This document shows, in pieces, positions 22,963-35,082 of a DNA stretch of 64,000 nt; positions within the stretch are counted from its first letter, which is position 1; each line of letters opens with the position of its first letter. The notes beneath the pieces are model-generated. The model had not been told where the DNA came from. It saw only the letters and a program-made list of their open reading frames with translations, and did not search any database. The stretch lies in assembly GCA_013416795.1 (NCBI GenBank), contig RQSC01000016.1:139335-203334 (forward strand). Reading direction: 5' to 3'. The translations under genes were made by a program, and so were the position numbers. This DNA is from Prasinococcaceae sp. CCMP 1430 (taxonomy: Eukaryota > Plantae > Prasinodermophyta).

Positions 22963-23622
22963 CTACTCGGTGGCGACGCACGCGCCGCACGTCTTGCGGC
23001 ACACGCCTGGAAAGCCCTTCTCGGGGTTGCCCATGAGATAGTCGCGCGTGTTCTGGCACTGGCCCAGTTGCTTGAACGTGGCGCAGTCGTCCGAGGTGTC
23101 CACGCACGCGCTGAAGGACGGCAGCGCCTTCTCGTCGTCCTCGCCCTCCTCGCCCTCCTCATCCTCGTCCTCCTCTTCATCGTCCTCCTCGTCCTCGCCT
23201 TCGTCATCCTCTTCATCGTCCTCGCCTTCGTCATCCTCTATTTCCTCGTCCTCATCCTCCTCTTCCTCGTCGTCGTAGTCGTCGGCGTAGTCGTCCTCCT
23301 CTTCGCCTTCGTCGTCGTCCTCCTCCTCCTCCTCTTCGCCCTCGTCCTCCGCCTCCTCGTCGGCGTCCTCGCCTTCCGCAGGGAGGTCGGTGGCGCCCTC
23401 CGCCGGGACGTTGCTCGCGGCGAGACCGTTCGAGCCGCCGCCCGTGGCTGCCGCGACGTCGCACGCGCCACAGCTCTTCTCGCAGAAGCCCGCAACACCG
23501 CCGGTCGCCGAGCCGACCATGTAGATCGCATTCTCTTCGCACTCGCCCGCGGCCGCCCACTCGGCGCACCGCTCGTTGCGGTCCACGCACGCGCCGTCGG
23601 CGGCGGTCGCGGCCGCCGCGCC
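22963..23622 (-). CDS. Protein with two ShKT-like six-Cys domains and an acidic linker (5'-partial)
   Basis: CVDRNERCAEWAAAGEC...FCEKSCGAC and CVDTSDDCATFKQLGQC...VCRKTCGAC flank a long D/E-rich tract. Truncated at N23623. Confidence 0.8.
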   Translation of the reverse strand, partial: GAAAATAADGACVDRNERCAEWAAAGECEENAIYMVGSATGGVAGFCEKSCGACDVAAATGGGSNGLAASNVPAEGATDLPAEGEDADEEAEDEGEEEEEEDDDEGEEEDDYADDYDDEEEEDEDEEIEDDEGEDDEEDDEGEDEEDDEEEDEDEEGEEGEDDEKALPSFSACVDTSDDCATFKQLGQCQNTRDYLMGNPEKGFPGVCRKTCGACVATE

Positions 23623-23623
23623 N

Positions 23624-23925
23624 CCGCCTTGGTGCCCTCCTCTAGCACCACGAGCCGCCCCACCCCTGGCGTAGAGAGGCGCTCCAACACGCTGCGCAGC
23701 GTGTCCGCGCGCGTGCACGTCTGACAGCGCGCGCTGTCGCCCGAACTGCTCTCCGCACCCCCTTGCTGCTGCTGCGTGCCGTCGCTGCCGTCGAGGTAGG
23801 CCAGCACCTGGACGAGAGGCGTGTTGGCCAGCACGCGCTTGTACAGCCGGCCTTTCGCGAGCGCGGTGACGTCCTTGCGCGAGTACACGTTGCGCAGCCG
23901 GCCGTTCTCGTCCACCACGGGGACG
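23624..23925 (-). CDS. SNF4: Fragment of SNF4/KINbetagamma (SnRK1 gamma subunit) C-terminal CBS domains
   Basis: VPVVDENGRLRNVYSRKDVTALAK...CQTCTRADTLRSVLERLSTPGVGRLVVLEEGTK. Both ends are missing: N on the 3' side, an abrupt join on the 5' side. Confidence 0.75.
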
Positions 23926-23930
23926 CGGCG

Positions 23931-24672
23931 ATGGCGTGCCGCGCGGCGGTCGCGATGGGCGCCCCGGCGTTCGCCAAGCCGGGCACGCGCAAGAAGGAGG
24001 GCGAGGGGCAGCTGCGGGCCATCAACAAGTGCGAGCGCGCGCGCGCGCGCGCGCTGCACGCGTCCACACACGCGCGCACACGGCGCACGCCCTGACACCC
24101 AGGCGCTGCTTATGCACATATGCGCGCGCAAACGCACGCACACGCGCAAACACACACGCGCGCGCGCGCGCGCCCACACAGGTACAAGGTGGTGCGCCCA
24201 GATCGCACGGACGAGTTCCGCGCGGTGTGGGGCGAGCGCGAGGCGCACATGCGCGGCCGCAAGGGCCTCGTGTCGTTCGAGCTGCGCGAGACGGCGCCGC
24301 GCGTCTTCGAGGTGGAGCACGTGTGGGAGACGCGCGCGGACTGGGAGGCGTGGCTTAACGACAGGTACGCGCGCGCACACGTGTGCGAAGGCGTGCGCAC
24401 CCGCGCGCGCTCGCAGGAACGGACCGCGCGCGCACGCGCACGCATTCGCTCGAACGCCGCCCTGACAACCAGCACCACATTCTCTCTCGCGCACGCACGC
24501 GCGCGTGCGTGTGTGTGCGTGCGTGCCGGCGCCCTTTTTCTCCCCCCGCCCTTGCAGGCCCCGCTACATCTCCAACCTGCCGCAGGGCGTGTACCAGATG
24601 AGGCCGCAGAACAAGGAGGGCATCCCGGAGACCTTCGTGCCCTTCCTCGACCCCGAGCTCTCGCCCAACTAG
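23931..24672 (+). CDS. ABM/IsdG-like dimeric alpha-beta barrel protein (N-terminus possibly incomplete)
   Basis: Exons 23931-24028, 24182-24364 and 24558-24672 give AINKYKVVRPDRTDEFRAVWGEREAHMRGRKGLVSFEL...VWETRADWEAWLN. Confidence 0.75.
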
Positions 24673-25375
24673 TAGAGGGAGGGGCCACTTGCGCACGCGT
24701 GCGCGCGCGCACGCACACACATGTGGGTGTGCGTCGACAGAGGAGGCGCCGTGACGCCGCGGCGCCTCGCAAGCCTTGTACACAGCCGCTGCATTCGGCC
24801 CACGCCCGTGTGTCTGCGGCGCCGACGGTGAAGCGCTCGTGCATGCATGCATTCGAGCGCGTGCGCGTGCGCGTGCGTGTGCGAGCGCTCGTACGCGCAC
24901 GTGTGTGCGTGTGTGTACAGTACGTGCGAGTCGGAGCGAGCGAGCGAGCGTGTGTGTGTGTGCCCGCGCGCTCTCGCCTGCGCCCGCGCCCGCCGCCTGC
25001 GCTCGCGCTCATTAGGGTCTGAGATGTTTTGCCAAAAAGACGGCGCGAAATGTGCGCGAAAACATAACGCCGTTTCTGCTTTGCCCCCTTCATCAATTCC
25101 AAACCGCGTGTGGCGCCGCTGCGGTTTCGCGGATCCGCGCCGCGAAATGTACAGTCGCGCCGAGGTCACTCGCACGTCCCCTCCATTTTCCATTACTAAT
25201 CGCCATATTCGATTGCCGCTGTATTTCGTCTGCGTTTTTTTAATCAAACGTAGTTGCGTTTGTGCGAATTCGCGCCTTCGTTTCGGACGGAGGGGTGAGC
25301 GGGAGGCCGGGGAGATTTCTGCTTTCGAAACCGACGCGGGCGCGTACGTGTACATGGTGTGGGTGTGGGGTGGCT

Positions 25376-25376
<1 letters not shown>

Positions 25377-25427
<51 letters not shown>
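25377..25427. repeat. Poly-G tract (about 50 nt) immediately upstream of the TLC gene start
   Basis: Read directly from the sequence. Confidence 0.9.
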
Positions 25428-25429
<2 letters not shown>

Positions 25430-25430
25430 G

Positions 25431-26860
25431 ATGGGCGCCGACGCGGCAGAGCCTGCCGAGTACGCGGCCGCGGTGGCGTTCTTCGCCCTGGCGTACGTGT
25501 GCGGGCTCGCGGGATTTCGAGCGATTGGCTGGCCGGCCAAGGATGTCGGCGAGGCCGCATCGATGATCGGAGGCTTTGTGCACTGCACGGGCGCGCTCGG
25601 TGAGGGCCTGCGTGCGCGTGCTTGCCCTGTGTGCGCGCAAGAGAGAAAGAGACAGAGACAGACAGACAGACAGACAAACAGAGTCAGCGCGCCCGCAAAA
25701 CTCGCCGATTGCTGACTCCGCGCCGTGCACCGACGCTCCCCGCACCCGCGGCGCGGGGCGCTGCTCGCAGTTCTCTGCTGTCCGCTCGCGCTCGCGACGC
25801 TGCGCGCGACGCCGGCGATGCGCGCGACGCTGCCACTGGTAGGTGAGGTGGAGCTGCCAGATTTCTCGCTGTGCGCGGCCAACCCGGTTGGCACGGCGCA
25901 CGCCACACACCTCACGCTGTCCTACTACTCGGTATGTACCGCGCCGCGCGCTGGCGCGCCCTCCCGCTACTTGAGGTGCACACACACACGCACGCCCTCG
26001 TGCATGCCGCGCGGGCGCGCGCGCAGCCAGCGGCGATCGCTGACGCGAATGGCTCGCTGGCGCGCACGCGCGGGCCTCGCCGCGTGCGGGCCGGAACGCG
26101 CGCGCACCGCAGGTGGACATATTCCACTACCTGTTGGTCAACACCGGCGAGCCGCTCTTCCTCCTCCATCACATGGCCGTCATCTCGATGGTGGCTGCAG
26201 TGGTGTACACTGGCGCGGGCGGCATGCTGCCCCTGACGGTCACCTCGCTGGTGGAGCTGCCCAGCCCCGTGCAGATGGTGTGGTCGTACGCACGCGATGG
26301 CCGCCGGAGGTTTCCCGCGCTTGGCGGCATCTACGCGGCCATCTCGCCGTGGTTCACGCTGCTCTACGTGCTTGCACGTGTGGTGCGTGTGCTCTGTCGC
26401 GCGCGTGCCAGCGTTGCGCGTGCGAGCGCCTGCGCGGAGGAAGCTGCGCCCGACAGCGCGCGCATCCAGTGCGCATCCTGGGACCATGCTGACGCGCCAG
26501 TGCGTCCACGCACACGCGTCCGCTCGCTCGCTCGCTCGTGTTCGCTCGCGTGCGCGCCCGTGCCCGGCCCGCCACCCGCTTGCACGCCGTCCATTTTGGC
26601 GCGGTCGCACGCGCACGTCGCCGCAGGTGGGGGGTGGTATTTTTCTCATTTACGTCATTTTCTACCTGTGGAGCGGTCAGGTGGCAGCCTGCGACAGCCA
26701 GACCGGCCTGCTGGGCGCGGGCACCAAGGGGCTCCACACATTCCTTTGCTGCGGGGGATTCCTGGGATCGAGCATGTGGGCGCGCACGCTGGTGGCGGGC
26801 TACTTCAAATTCAGGGCGAGGCAGGCGGGAGCCAAAAGCGGCACGAGCAAGGCCGACTGA
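25431..26860 (+). CDS. TLC (TRAM/LAG1/CLN8) domain membrane protein
   Basis: Exons 25431-25599, 25771-25931, 26113-26382 and 26627-26860 join in frame. Hydrophobic protein with YYSVDIFHYL..EPLFLLHH..ELPSP..LLYVLARV. Confidence 0.7.
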
Positions 26861-27133
26861 GTGCGCTCCGCGCATGCGCGCTCGTGCCGTAACGCGCATC
26901 TGTTCGCCTTCCCCCCATCGCACGCACACGCGCGCACAAGCGCGCGCGCAAATCAGCCCTCGTGCGCTGGGGCTCGCCTCGCCAAGGCCAGCCGTGCGCC
27001 AACCGTTCTGCGAGTGTATGTATGTACTTACGTGTTTCACCACCTCTCCTCTCGCGACGCGATGGCCACACCGCAGTGGCCGCATCCGTCTCTGTGCCCC
27101 ATGGGATCTGGACAAATGGCTCAGATCGGCAGC

Positions 27134-27720
<587 letters not shown>

Positions 27721-28749
27721 CTACCGAGCCGAGCGCGCGCGCGTGTGCGTGCGCGCGTACGTGTGCGCGTGTGTCAGATCCGGATGTGCGCGCACACCCT
27801 CAGACAACGCGTCTCACACCCACCGCCGCAGGAGAGTGCTGCGAGGGCGTCAAGGGGGCGCGTGCGCAGGCGCGCGCGCGCACGCTCGCGGGCACACACT
27901 GCCACGAGCCGATCGCGAGGGTGGCGCCCCATCCCGCGCTGCTCCGAGCCCGCGCGCCCCGCGCCCGGAGCACCCGCCCAGTGCTGCGCGGGCCAGCGCA
28001 GCGCCGCGAAGGACCGCCGCGTCGGCAATTCCCACGCGGCGCGGGCGAGCTGCTCGGGCGCTTGGACGAGCATCGTGCNNNNNNNNNNNNNNNNNNNNNN
28101 NNNNNNNNNNNNNNNNNNNNNNNNNNNNNNNNNNNNNNNNNNNNNNNNNNNNNNNNNNNNNNNNNNNNNNNNNNNNNNNNNNNNNNNNNNNNNNNNNNNN
28201 NNNNNNNNNNNNNNNNNNNNNNNNNNNNNNNNNNNNNNNNNNNNNNNNNNNNNNNNNNNNNNNNNNNNNNNNNNNNNNNNNNNNNNNNNNNNNNNNNNNN
28301 NNNNNNNNNNNNNNNNNNNNNNNNNNNNNNNNNNNNNNNNNNNNNNNNNNNNNNNNNNNNNNNNNNNNNNNNNNNNNNNNNNNNNNNNNNNNNNNNNNNN
28401 NNNNNNNNNNNNNNNNNNNNNNNNNNNNNNNNNNNNNNNNNNNNNNNNNNNNNNNNNNNNNNNNNNNNNNNNNNNNNNNNNNNNNNNNNNNNNNNNNNNN
28501 NNNNNNNNNNNNNNNNNNNNNNNNNNNNNNNNNNNNNNNNNNNNNNNNNNNNNNNNNNNNNNNNNNNNNNNNNNNNNNNNGCGCGCGCGCGCGCGCGCGC
28601 GCGCGCGCGCGCTCGGGGAACGGCGGCGAAGCGAAAGCGCGCCGCGCGCCCGAACCGGACCCGGCCGAGTTCCCGCCACCGCTGCTAGCCTGCTACCAAC
28701 CAACGCGGCTGCAGCGGCGGAAGGCTTGTGGCCTGTTGGGTGTGGCTTG

Positions 28750-29010
28750 TCGGATGGCCTGGGTAGGCTTGGGATGTGGCTTGGGTGGGCTTGGCTTGGC
28801 TTGGCTTGGCTTGGCTTGGCTTGGCTTGAAGTGGCTTGGTTTGGGTAGGCTTGGGATGGCTTGGGTGGGCTTGGCTTGGCTTGCTTGGGTTGGCTCGTTG
28901 GTTGGCTTGGCTTGGGTTGGGTTGGGTTGGGTTGGCTTGTGGCTTTGCTTGTGGCTTGGGTTGTGGCCTTGGCTTGTGGCTCGGGTTGTGGCGTGGGTGT
29001 GGCTCTGGCT
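28750..29010. repeat. Degenerate pentanucleotide satellite (TTGGC/TTGGG/TTGTG)
   Basis: GGCTTGGCTTGGCTTGG... and GGGTTGGGTTGGG over about 260 bp. Confidence 0.85.
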
Positions 29011-29388
29011 GGAGGGCCCGTTTCGGAAGCGGCGGACGCGCGGCCGCGCGGGGCTCGAACGCGGAGGAGGGGCCCGGGCCCCCCGGGGGTGCATGCGCGC
29101 GTGCGGACGGGCAGGCTGGCAGGCTGGGACGGCCGGGTGGGGGAGGGGGAATGGGCGGGGGCGATGGGGCGAGCGAAGCGAGCGGGAATGGCGAGCGAAG
29201 CGAGCGGGAATGGCGAGCGCGTGCCACAGAGTGGCGCCCCGACCGACCGAGGGCGCGCCCCGCGACCCGGGGGGGTGCGGGGAGACGCCGCGCCGGCAGC
29301 GGACGCCCGACTCGTATGCGGTCGGCTGGCGCCGCGCGCGGCCGAGTGTCGCGGAGGCGGCGGCAGTGAGGGCACTGACTACCACGCA

Positions 29389-30990
29389 ATGACGCGGCGG
29401 GCGGAAGACGCGGTCGCGACGCGCAGCCACCACCGCCGGCTGCTCCAGGAGGACGAGGCCTCCGCCAATGCGCTGCTTAGCGGCGCGGGTGCCGCGGCGC
29501 CAGCTGGCGGGATGACGGCGCGCGGCGGCGCATCATCGCCAGCGCTCCTCGGCGTCTCGCAGGACATGCGCTCATCGTTGCTGCGCTCGCGGGGGCTCGT
29601 CGCAGAACTCGACGCCGAGCGCGGCCTGCTGCACTCGCTGGTCGCCAGGGCGGCCTCGCCGCGAGCGCGGCTGGAGAGGATTGCCGGTGGCATGCCCTCG
29701 CGCGGTGGCGAGGCGCTGCGGGCGGCGCTCGAAGACGCCGTCGACGGGGACCCCGGGGGGCGGGGGGGTGGCGAGGAGGTCGATGGCGGTGGCGGTGGCA
29801 GTGCCGCGACCACGCCGCGCGGAGGCGCGTACGGAGCGCCGCTGCGCGCCGGCATCGGCGCGCTGAGCTCCGCACACGCTTTGAGCACGGCCGAGGCGGA
29901 GCTGCACTCGCGCGCGGCGCTCGCAGAGTCGGGCCGTGCGCGCGCTGAGGCGGCCCTCGCGGAGGTCAAGGAGGAACTGCGCCTCCTGGGCGAGCGCCTC
30001 GGGAGCGAAGCCGCCGCCCACCAGCGCGAGCTTGCCGAGGCGGTGCGCGCGCGTGACGAGGCCATTTCGCGCGCCTCGGATACAGACGGTGAGGGCGCTC
30101 GCCGCTCGCAGGCGGAGCGAGACGCAGCGTTTCGGCGCGCCGCCGAACTGGAGAAGGCGCTCGCGGAGAGCGCAGCTGAGGCCGCGCACGTGCGGCGGCA
30201 ACTGGCGCGTTTTGAGGGTGCTGAGGAGCGGCACGAGAGCGCGACGGCAGCCCTCGCGGCCCGCAGTGATGGGCAACAGGCGCGCGACACAGAGGCACCC
30301 GCCACCGTTTGCCCGCCCGGCAGCCCGATGGGATCGAGCCCGATCGAACTCGGCGCCTTTGGCAGCGTGGTCGATGTGGCTGCGGCGGAGGCGGCAGCCG
30401 ATGAGCACGCGCGCGCGCCCGACGGAAGCGGCACCGACGCAGACGTGGACATCGATGGCGGCCCGCTCCGCGTGAATGGCGAAATGGTGCTGACCAGAAC
30501 CGTGGCATCGCTGCGCTCGCGCTGCGCGGCGCTCGGTCGAGCGCTGGCAGCCACTCGCCGCAAGGCGGACGCCGAGCGCGAGGCGGCGGCCGCGAGGGCG
30601 ACCGAGCTCCAGGCAAAACTCGCGGCGGCGACTGAGGGGGCGAAGGTGCGCTCGCTCGAGGTGTCCGCTGCTCGCCGCGAGGCCGAGTGGGCGCGGGCGC
30701 GCTACGAGCGCTTACTGCGCGACATTGCAGCAGCTGCTCGGGGTCCGGCGGGGGAGCCCTCGCGCCATCTCAGCGCTAAGGCCGCGCGGTTGCGTGCGCT
30801 GTACGAGGACGCCATGGGCGAGGCCGAAGCGCGGGGGAACGGGCGGGCCGAAGGGAAGAGCGCAGATGCCTTCGTCAAAAACGCCTTCGTGCTGATGATG
30901 GCGGGTAAGCGCGCCGGCATCGACGCAGGCTCGCGCGTGCGGCGACTCGAGGCCGCGGGGGGTGCCACAGAGCTCACCGCGCAGTCCTGA
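29389..30990 (+). CDS. Hypothetical coiled-coil protein
   Basis: Long ORF with coding-like composition and heptad-like A/E/R/L stretches (AEAALAEVKEELRLLGERL). No family recognised. Confidence 0.6.
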   Translation: MTRRAEDAVATRSHHRRLLQEDEASANALLSGAGAAAPAGGMTARGGASSPALLGVSQDMRSSLLRSRGLVAELDAERGLLHSLVARAASPRARLERIAGGMPSRGGEALRAALEDAVDGDPGGRGGGEEVDGGGGGSAATTPRGGAYGAPLRAGIGALSSAHALSTAEAELHSRAALAESGRARAEAALAEVKEELRLLGERLGSEAAAHQRELAEAVRARDEAISRASDTDGEGARRSQAERDAAFRRAAELEKALAESAAEAAHVRRQLARFEGAEERHESATAALAARSDGQQARDTEAPATVCPPGSPMGSSPIELGAFGSVVDVAAAEAAADEHARAPDGSGTDADVDIDGGPLRVNGEMVLTRTVASLRSRCAALGRALAATRRKADAEREAAAARATELQAKLAAATEGAKVRSLEVSAARREAEWARARYERLLRDIAAAARGPAGEPSRHLSAKAARLRALYEDAMGEAEARGNGRAEGKSADAFVKNAFVLMMAGKRAGIDAGSRVRRLEAAGGATELTAQS

Positions 30991-31149
30991 GAACGCGCGC
31001 GAGCGCCCGCACGCGGCCGCGAGACCGCGATCGGCCAAGTGATAATGAACGGGGCCTCACCCTACGGCCTACTAGTCTCCTAGTCCTAGCCCTCGCGCGC
31101 GCGCGCGCGCGCGCCCGAGTGTGTGTGTGTGTGCGTGTGCGTGTGTCGC

Positions 31150-32170
31150 TCAGCCCGCGTCCTCGAAGCGCACTATCCGATCCTCGCCGGGGAAGCCATC
31201 GACGAGGTGCACCGTGTCCGCTCCAGGCTCGTCGAGCAGCTCCCTGACGAAGCCAAACCAGTACACCACCATGCCCGGCCCGAAACGGTTGACGTACGCC
31301 TGGAACTGCTCGGCGCACTGCACGCTGTGCATGTGGTCGTCGCCGAAGGACGCCTGCGCTCGCGCGCGCGCGCGTCAGCAATGCTCAAGGATCGAAAGAG
31401 CTCGCGCGGGGCGTCCACGCGCGCGCGCGCGCGCGCACGAGCACACACGCCACGCACGCACGCACGCACCTTGGAGTCGATCCAGTGCACGACGCGCCCG
31501 TCGACGAGCAGCGGCACGTCGAGGTGCGCGTCCGGCGTGCGCGCGCATCCACGCGCGCGCAGCTCCTCCTCGGTGGAGAAGGGCACGTGCGCGGCGCGCA
31601 GGGCGGCATACAGCGCCTGCTCGTGCGCGTGCCCCGCCAGCCGCCGCAGGCGGTCGCACGCCGGCGCAGACACGCCGTCGGTGCGCACGCAGCGCCGCGC
31701 GTCGGCGAAGAGCTGCGATCGTGCGCGCGAGAGAGAGCGCGTGTGGGCGCGCGGGCGCGCGGGCGCGGGCGGGCGGGCGCGCGCATGCGTGCGTGAGCAA
31801 GAGCGCGCCTCCTGAGCGCGAGCGTGCGCGCGCGTGCGAGTGCGCCCGAGAGCGGGAGCGCACGCGCGAGCGAGCGGCTCCTCACCCGAGCGACGAGCTC
31901 CCCAGCGGCTGTCGCGCCGAAGCGCTCCACCAGCGTGGGCGTGAGCAGCAGCTCGCGCACGAGGACCTCCTCGTTCCCATCGCCCTCGCCCTCGTCCGCC
32001 GCTGCTGCGGCCAGTCGTAGCAGCTGCGCGGCCGCACCGCCGCGCACGCCCGCGAGCTCGTCGAGCAGCGCGCGGAGCGCTGCGCATGGCGGCGCGCCGG
32101 CGTCCGCGGCGAGCGCGACGAGCTCGGCCGTTCCTTCAGGCAGGGCGTGCGGGGAGCCGGAGACCGCGTC
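31150..32170 (-). CDS. CDIN1: CDAN1-interacting nuclease 1 (C15orf41-like), 5'-partial
   Basis: Exons about 32170-31886, 31712-31470 and 31353-31150 give GHAHEQAL...EEELRARG..RTPD..LDVPLLVDGRVVHWIDSKASFGD...QFQAYVNRFGPGMVVYWFGF. Confidence 0.85.
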
Positions 32171-32599
32171 AGCGCCCGACCAGGCGCACGAGCATGCGCG
32201 CGCGCTACGCGCCCGCTCGCGTGCGCGCGCCCACGCACCCTCTGTGTAGGCGCGCGCGAGCGCCGCCGCGGCCTCGGGCGAGCGGTGCGTGTGCCACGCG
32301 GTGCGCCGNNNNNNNNNNNNNNNNNNNNNNNNNNNNNNNNNNNNNNNNNNNNNNNNNNNNNNNNNNNNNNNNNNNNNNNNNNNNNNNNNNNNNNNNNNNN
32401 NNNNNNNNNNNNNNNNNNNNNNNNNNNNNNNNNNNNNNNNNNNNNNNNNNNNNNNNNNNNNNNNNNNNNNNNNNNNNNNNNNNNNNNNNNNNNNNNNNNN
32501 NNNNNNNNNNNNNNNNNNNNNNNNNNNNNNNNNNNNNNNNNNNNNNNNNNNNNNNNNNNNNNNNNNNNNNNNNNNNNNNNNNNNNNNNNNNNNNNNNNN

Positions 32600-32663
<64 letters not shown>

Positions 32664-32800
32664 ACACACACACACATTGCACACACACATGACCACACAC
32701 ACACATTGCACAAATACACACACATTGCACCCACACACCCACACCCACCCACATCCACCCACCCACCCACACACACACACAAACGCACACACAATCACAC
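32600..32800. repeat. (TAC)n microsatellite followed by a degenerate (CA)n/(CACC)n tract
   Basis: About 21 TAC units next to the gap, then CA-rich repeats. Confidence 0.9.
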
Positions 32801-33378
32801 AAACGTGCACACGCACGCACGTCGCTCCGTCGCGCGTGCGCTGCACCGCACACACACGCGCGCGCGCACACGCACGACCGCAACGCGCACGCGCTCGCAG
32901 CGGTGAGCGGCGTCGGCCGCATCGTGGCGCCGGAGCCCGGCAGCCTCTGACTGAGGGCCGCCTCTCTCTGCCCTCCGCCTTCGTGTCTCGGTGCCGAGGG
33001 TGAAAATCGATGCGGTGGTACTTCAGAAGTGTAAGAGCCAAGCGAAGCTTTGCGCGTGAAGTAAAGTGTCGTGCCGTGGGCTTCTAATGATGGGATGCCC
33101 CGTGTGCCGCGAAGATTGCGATGGGCGTTGTCGTTGTAGCGTTTCTCTCTACGAGCGTGCGCCAGGCGCTTCGTGGAAGCCACCGTTGTTGCCCTCCTTC
33201 TTCTGTGCGCGTGTGGGAATGCCTGCCTTGCGGTGGCCGTGCTCGTGCCGACCAACAGCACCCCGAAGCGCCTGTGTTCGACTGCGTATCTCTGTGCGCA
33301 TGCGGACTCGGTGTCGGCGCCGACGTGCTGCGTTCGTTGCGTGCGTTGCGGTTGCAGTGCGTGCGCGCGGCGGCTTCG

Positions 33379-34504
33379 CTAGATGATTCGCATGATTCGC
33401 GCCCACGTCTGCTCGAGTTCAACCAGCTCGTCGCCCTCTGCTGTTCGCGCGCCGTCGCCGGCCCCGCGCTTGGCGGCGTCCCAGCTGGCAACGAGGACGT
33501 CCGCGGCGGCGTCGGCCGACGATGCGGCGGCCGCCGCCTCCGGGTCGGCGCCGAGGGCGTCGGCGCCCCCCGTCGGCGGCCCCGGCGCCGCGACGAGCGG
33601 GGTCTCCTCGGTTGCGATGCCCACCGACGACCTCCGCCTGCGCCTGCCGCGCGCCCAGTCGCAGTTGACCAGGTCGAACAGCCGCAGCATGGTGTTGCGG
33701 CACGGCACGGCCAGCAGCGGCAGCGACATGGACAGCGTGACCACGAGCCCGGCGCGCCCCAGCGCCATGGCGCCGTCGTCCGCGGGGAAGTTGAGCAGCA
33801 CGTTGCCGCAGGTGCGCTCGCGCCCCACGTAGAACCCCCCGAGGCCGACCAGCAGGTAGAGCGCGAGGACGATGCCCATCGTCCAGTGTATGACGGAGCG
33901 TATGCGGTCGGCGTCGTGGATCTCGTTGTGCACGGGCAGCACGTTGAAGTGGCACAGGAAGGCGGTGGCGAACACGGGGATCGCCAGGAGGACATCGCGC
34001 GCGCTCTCCGGGTACAGGCTGTCGCCCTCGCCGGGCCCCGCGCCGCACTGCTCCGGCGGGTCGCCCCAGCCGCCCGCGCACTGCGCGGCGCGCACGAGCA
34101 CCGCGCCGGCCAGCAGGAGCGTCGACGAGAACGAGATGAACGACGTGAAGCGCAGCGCGTGCAGCGAGTCCTGGAAGCAGAAGGGGCTCATCGCGGCGAG
34201 GGTGATCGCCATCGCGAGCGGCCGCGTCGCGGGGCCCAGCGCGTGGGAGTCGTTGAAGAGGTACTCGAGGAGGGGCACCTCCAGGTCGGCGATGAGCACG
34301 AGGTACGCCACGGTGGAGGGGAGGAGCAGCACGAACAGCAGGAGCACGGTGACCACCTCGCCGGCCTTGCCGTAGGTCTTCACGGCGAGGTCCTACGTAT
34401 TTTTTGTTGTTGTTGTTGTTGTTGTGTGTACGGTGTCGTTGGGTCGGTGGTTGGGTTGGGTTGGTGGTTGGTTTTTGGTGGTGGCGGCGGTGGTGCGTGT
34501 GTGC

Positions 34505-34559
<55 letters not shown>

Positions 34560-35082
34560 TTGTGTTGTGTTGCGTGTGTGTGTTGTGTGCGTGCGCGTGC
34601 GCGGTGGTGGTCGCGAGGTGTGGTGCGTCAGCGACCGCTGCTGAGTCGAACGACGCAGCCGGGAGCTCGAACGGCGGCGGCGTAGCTGCTGCGCGGCTGC
34701 TGCGCGCCGCGCGCTCGAGCGGAGATGGAGGATAGCCGCCGGAGAGAGCAAGGATAGCCGCCGGAGAGAGCGGTGGGCAGGGTCTCACCGCGCGCGGCGG
34801 CGGCGCCCGCGCCCCTCCGTTCTCGCGGACGCGTTTCGCCCGCGCGTCTCTCTCTCTCTCGCGCGCGCGCTCGCGGCGCGCGCGCACCTCGTACGACAGC
34901 CCGTGCATCCTCCGCGCGGCGGTGATGAGCAGCTGCAGCGACGCGTCCGTCACGACCGCCACCGCCGCGAGCGCGAGCGGCCCCGCCACGAAGCCGAGCT
35001 GGCCGATGGCGTACGGCAGGCTGAGCACGCCGCCCCCGCAAATCGTCGCCGCCAAGTTGAAGATCGCGCTGTGCGAACGCAT
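33379..35082 (-). CDS. Amino-acid transporter (AAAP/SLC38 family)
   Basis: AIFNLAATICGGGVLSLPYA...YLVLIADL...FLCHFNVLPVHNE...GNVLLNFP. Intron 34887-34393 contains (CA)n and (TTG)n. An additional upstream exon is possible. Confidence 0.85.
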
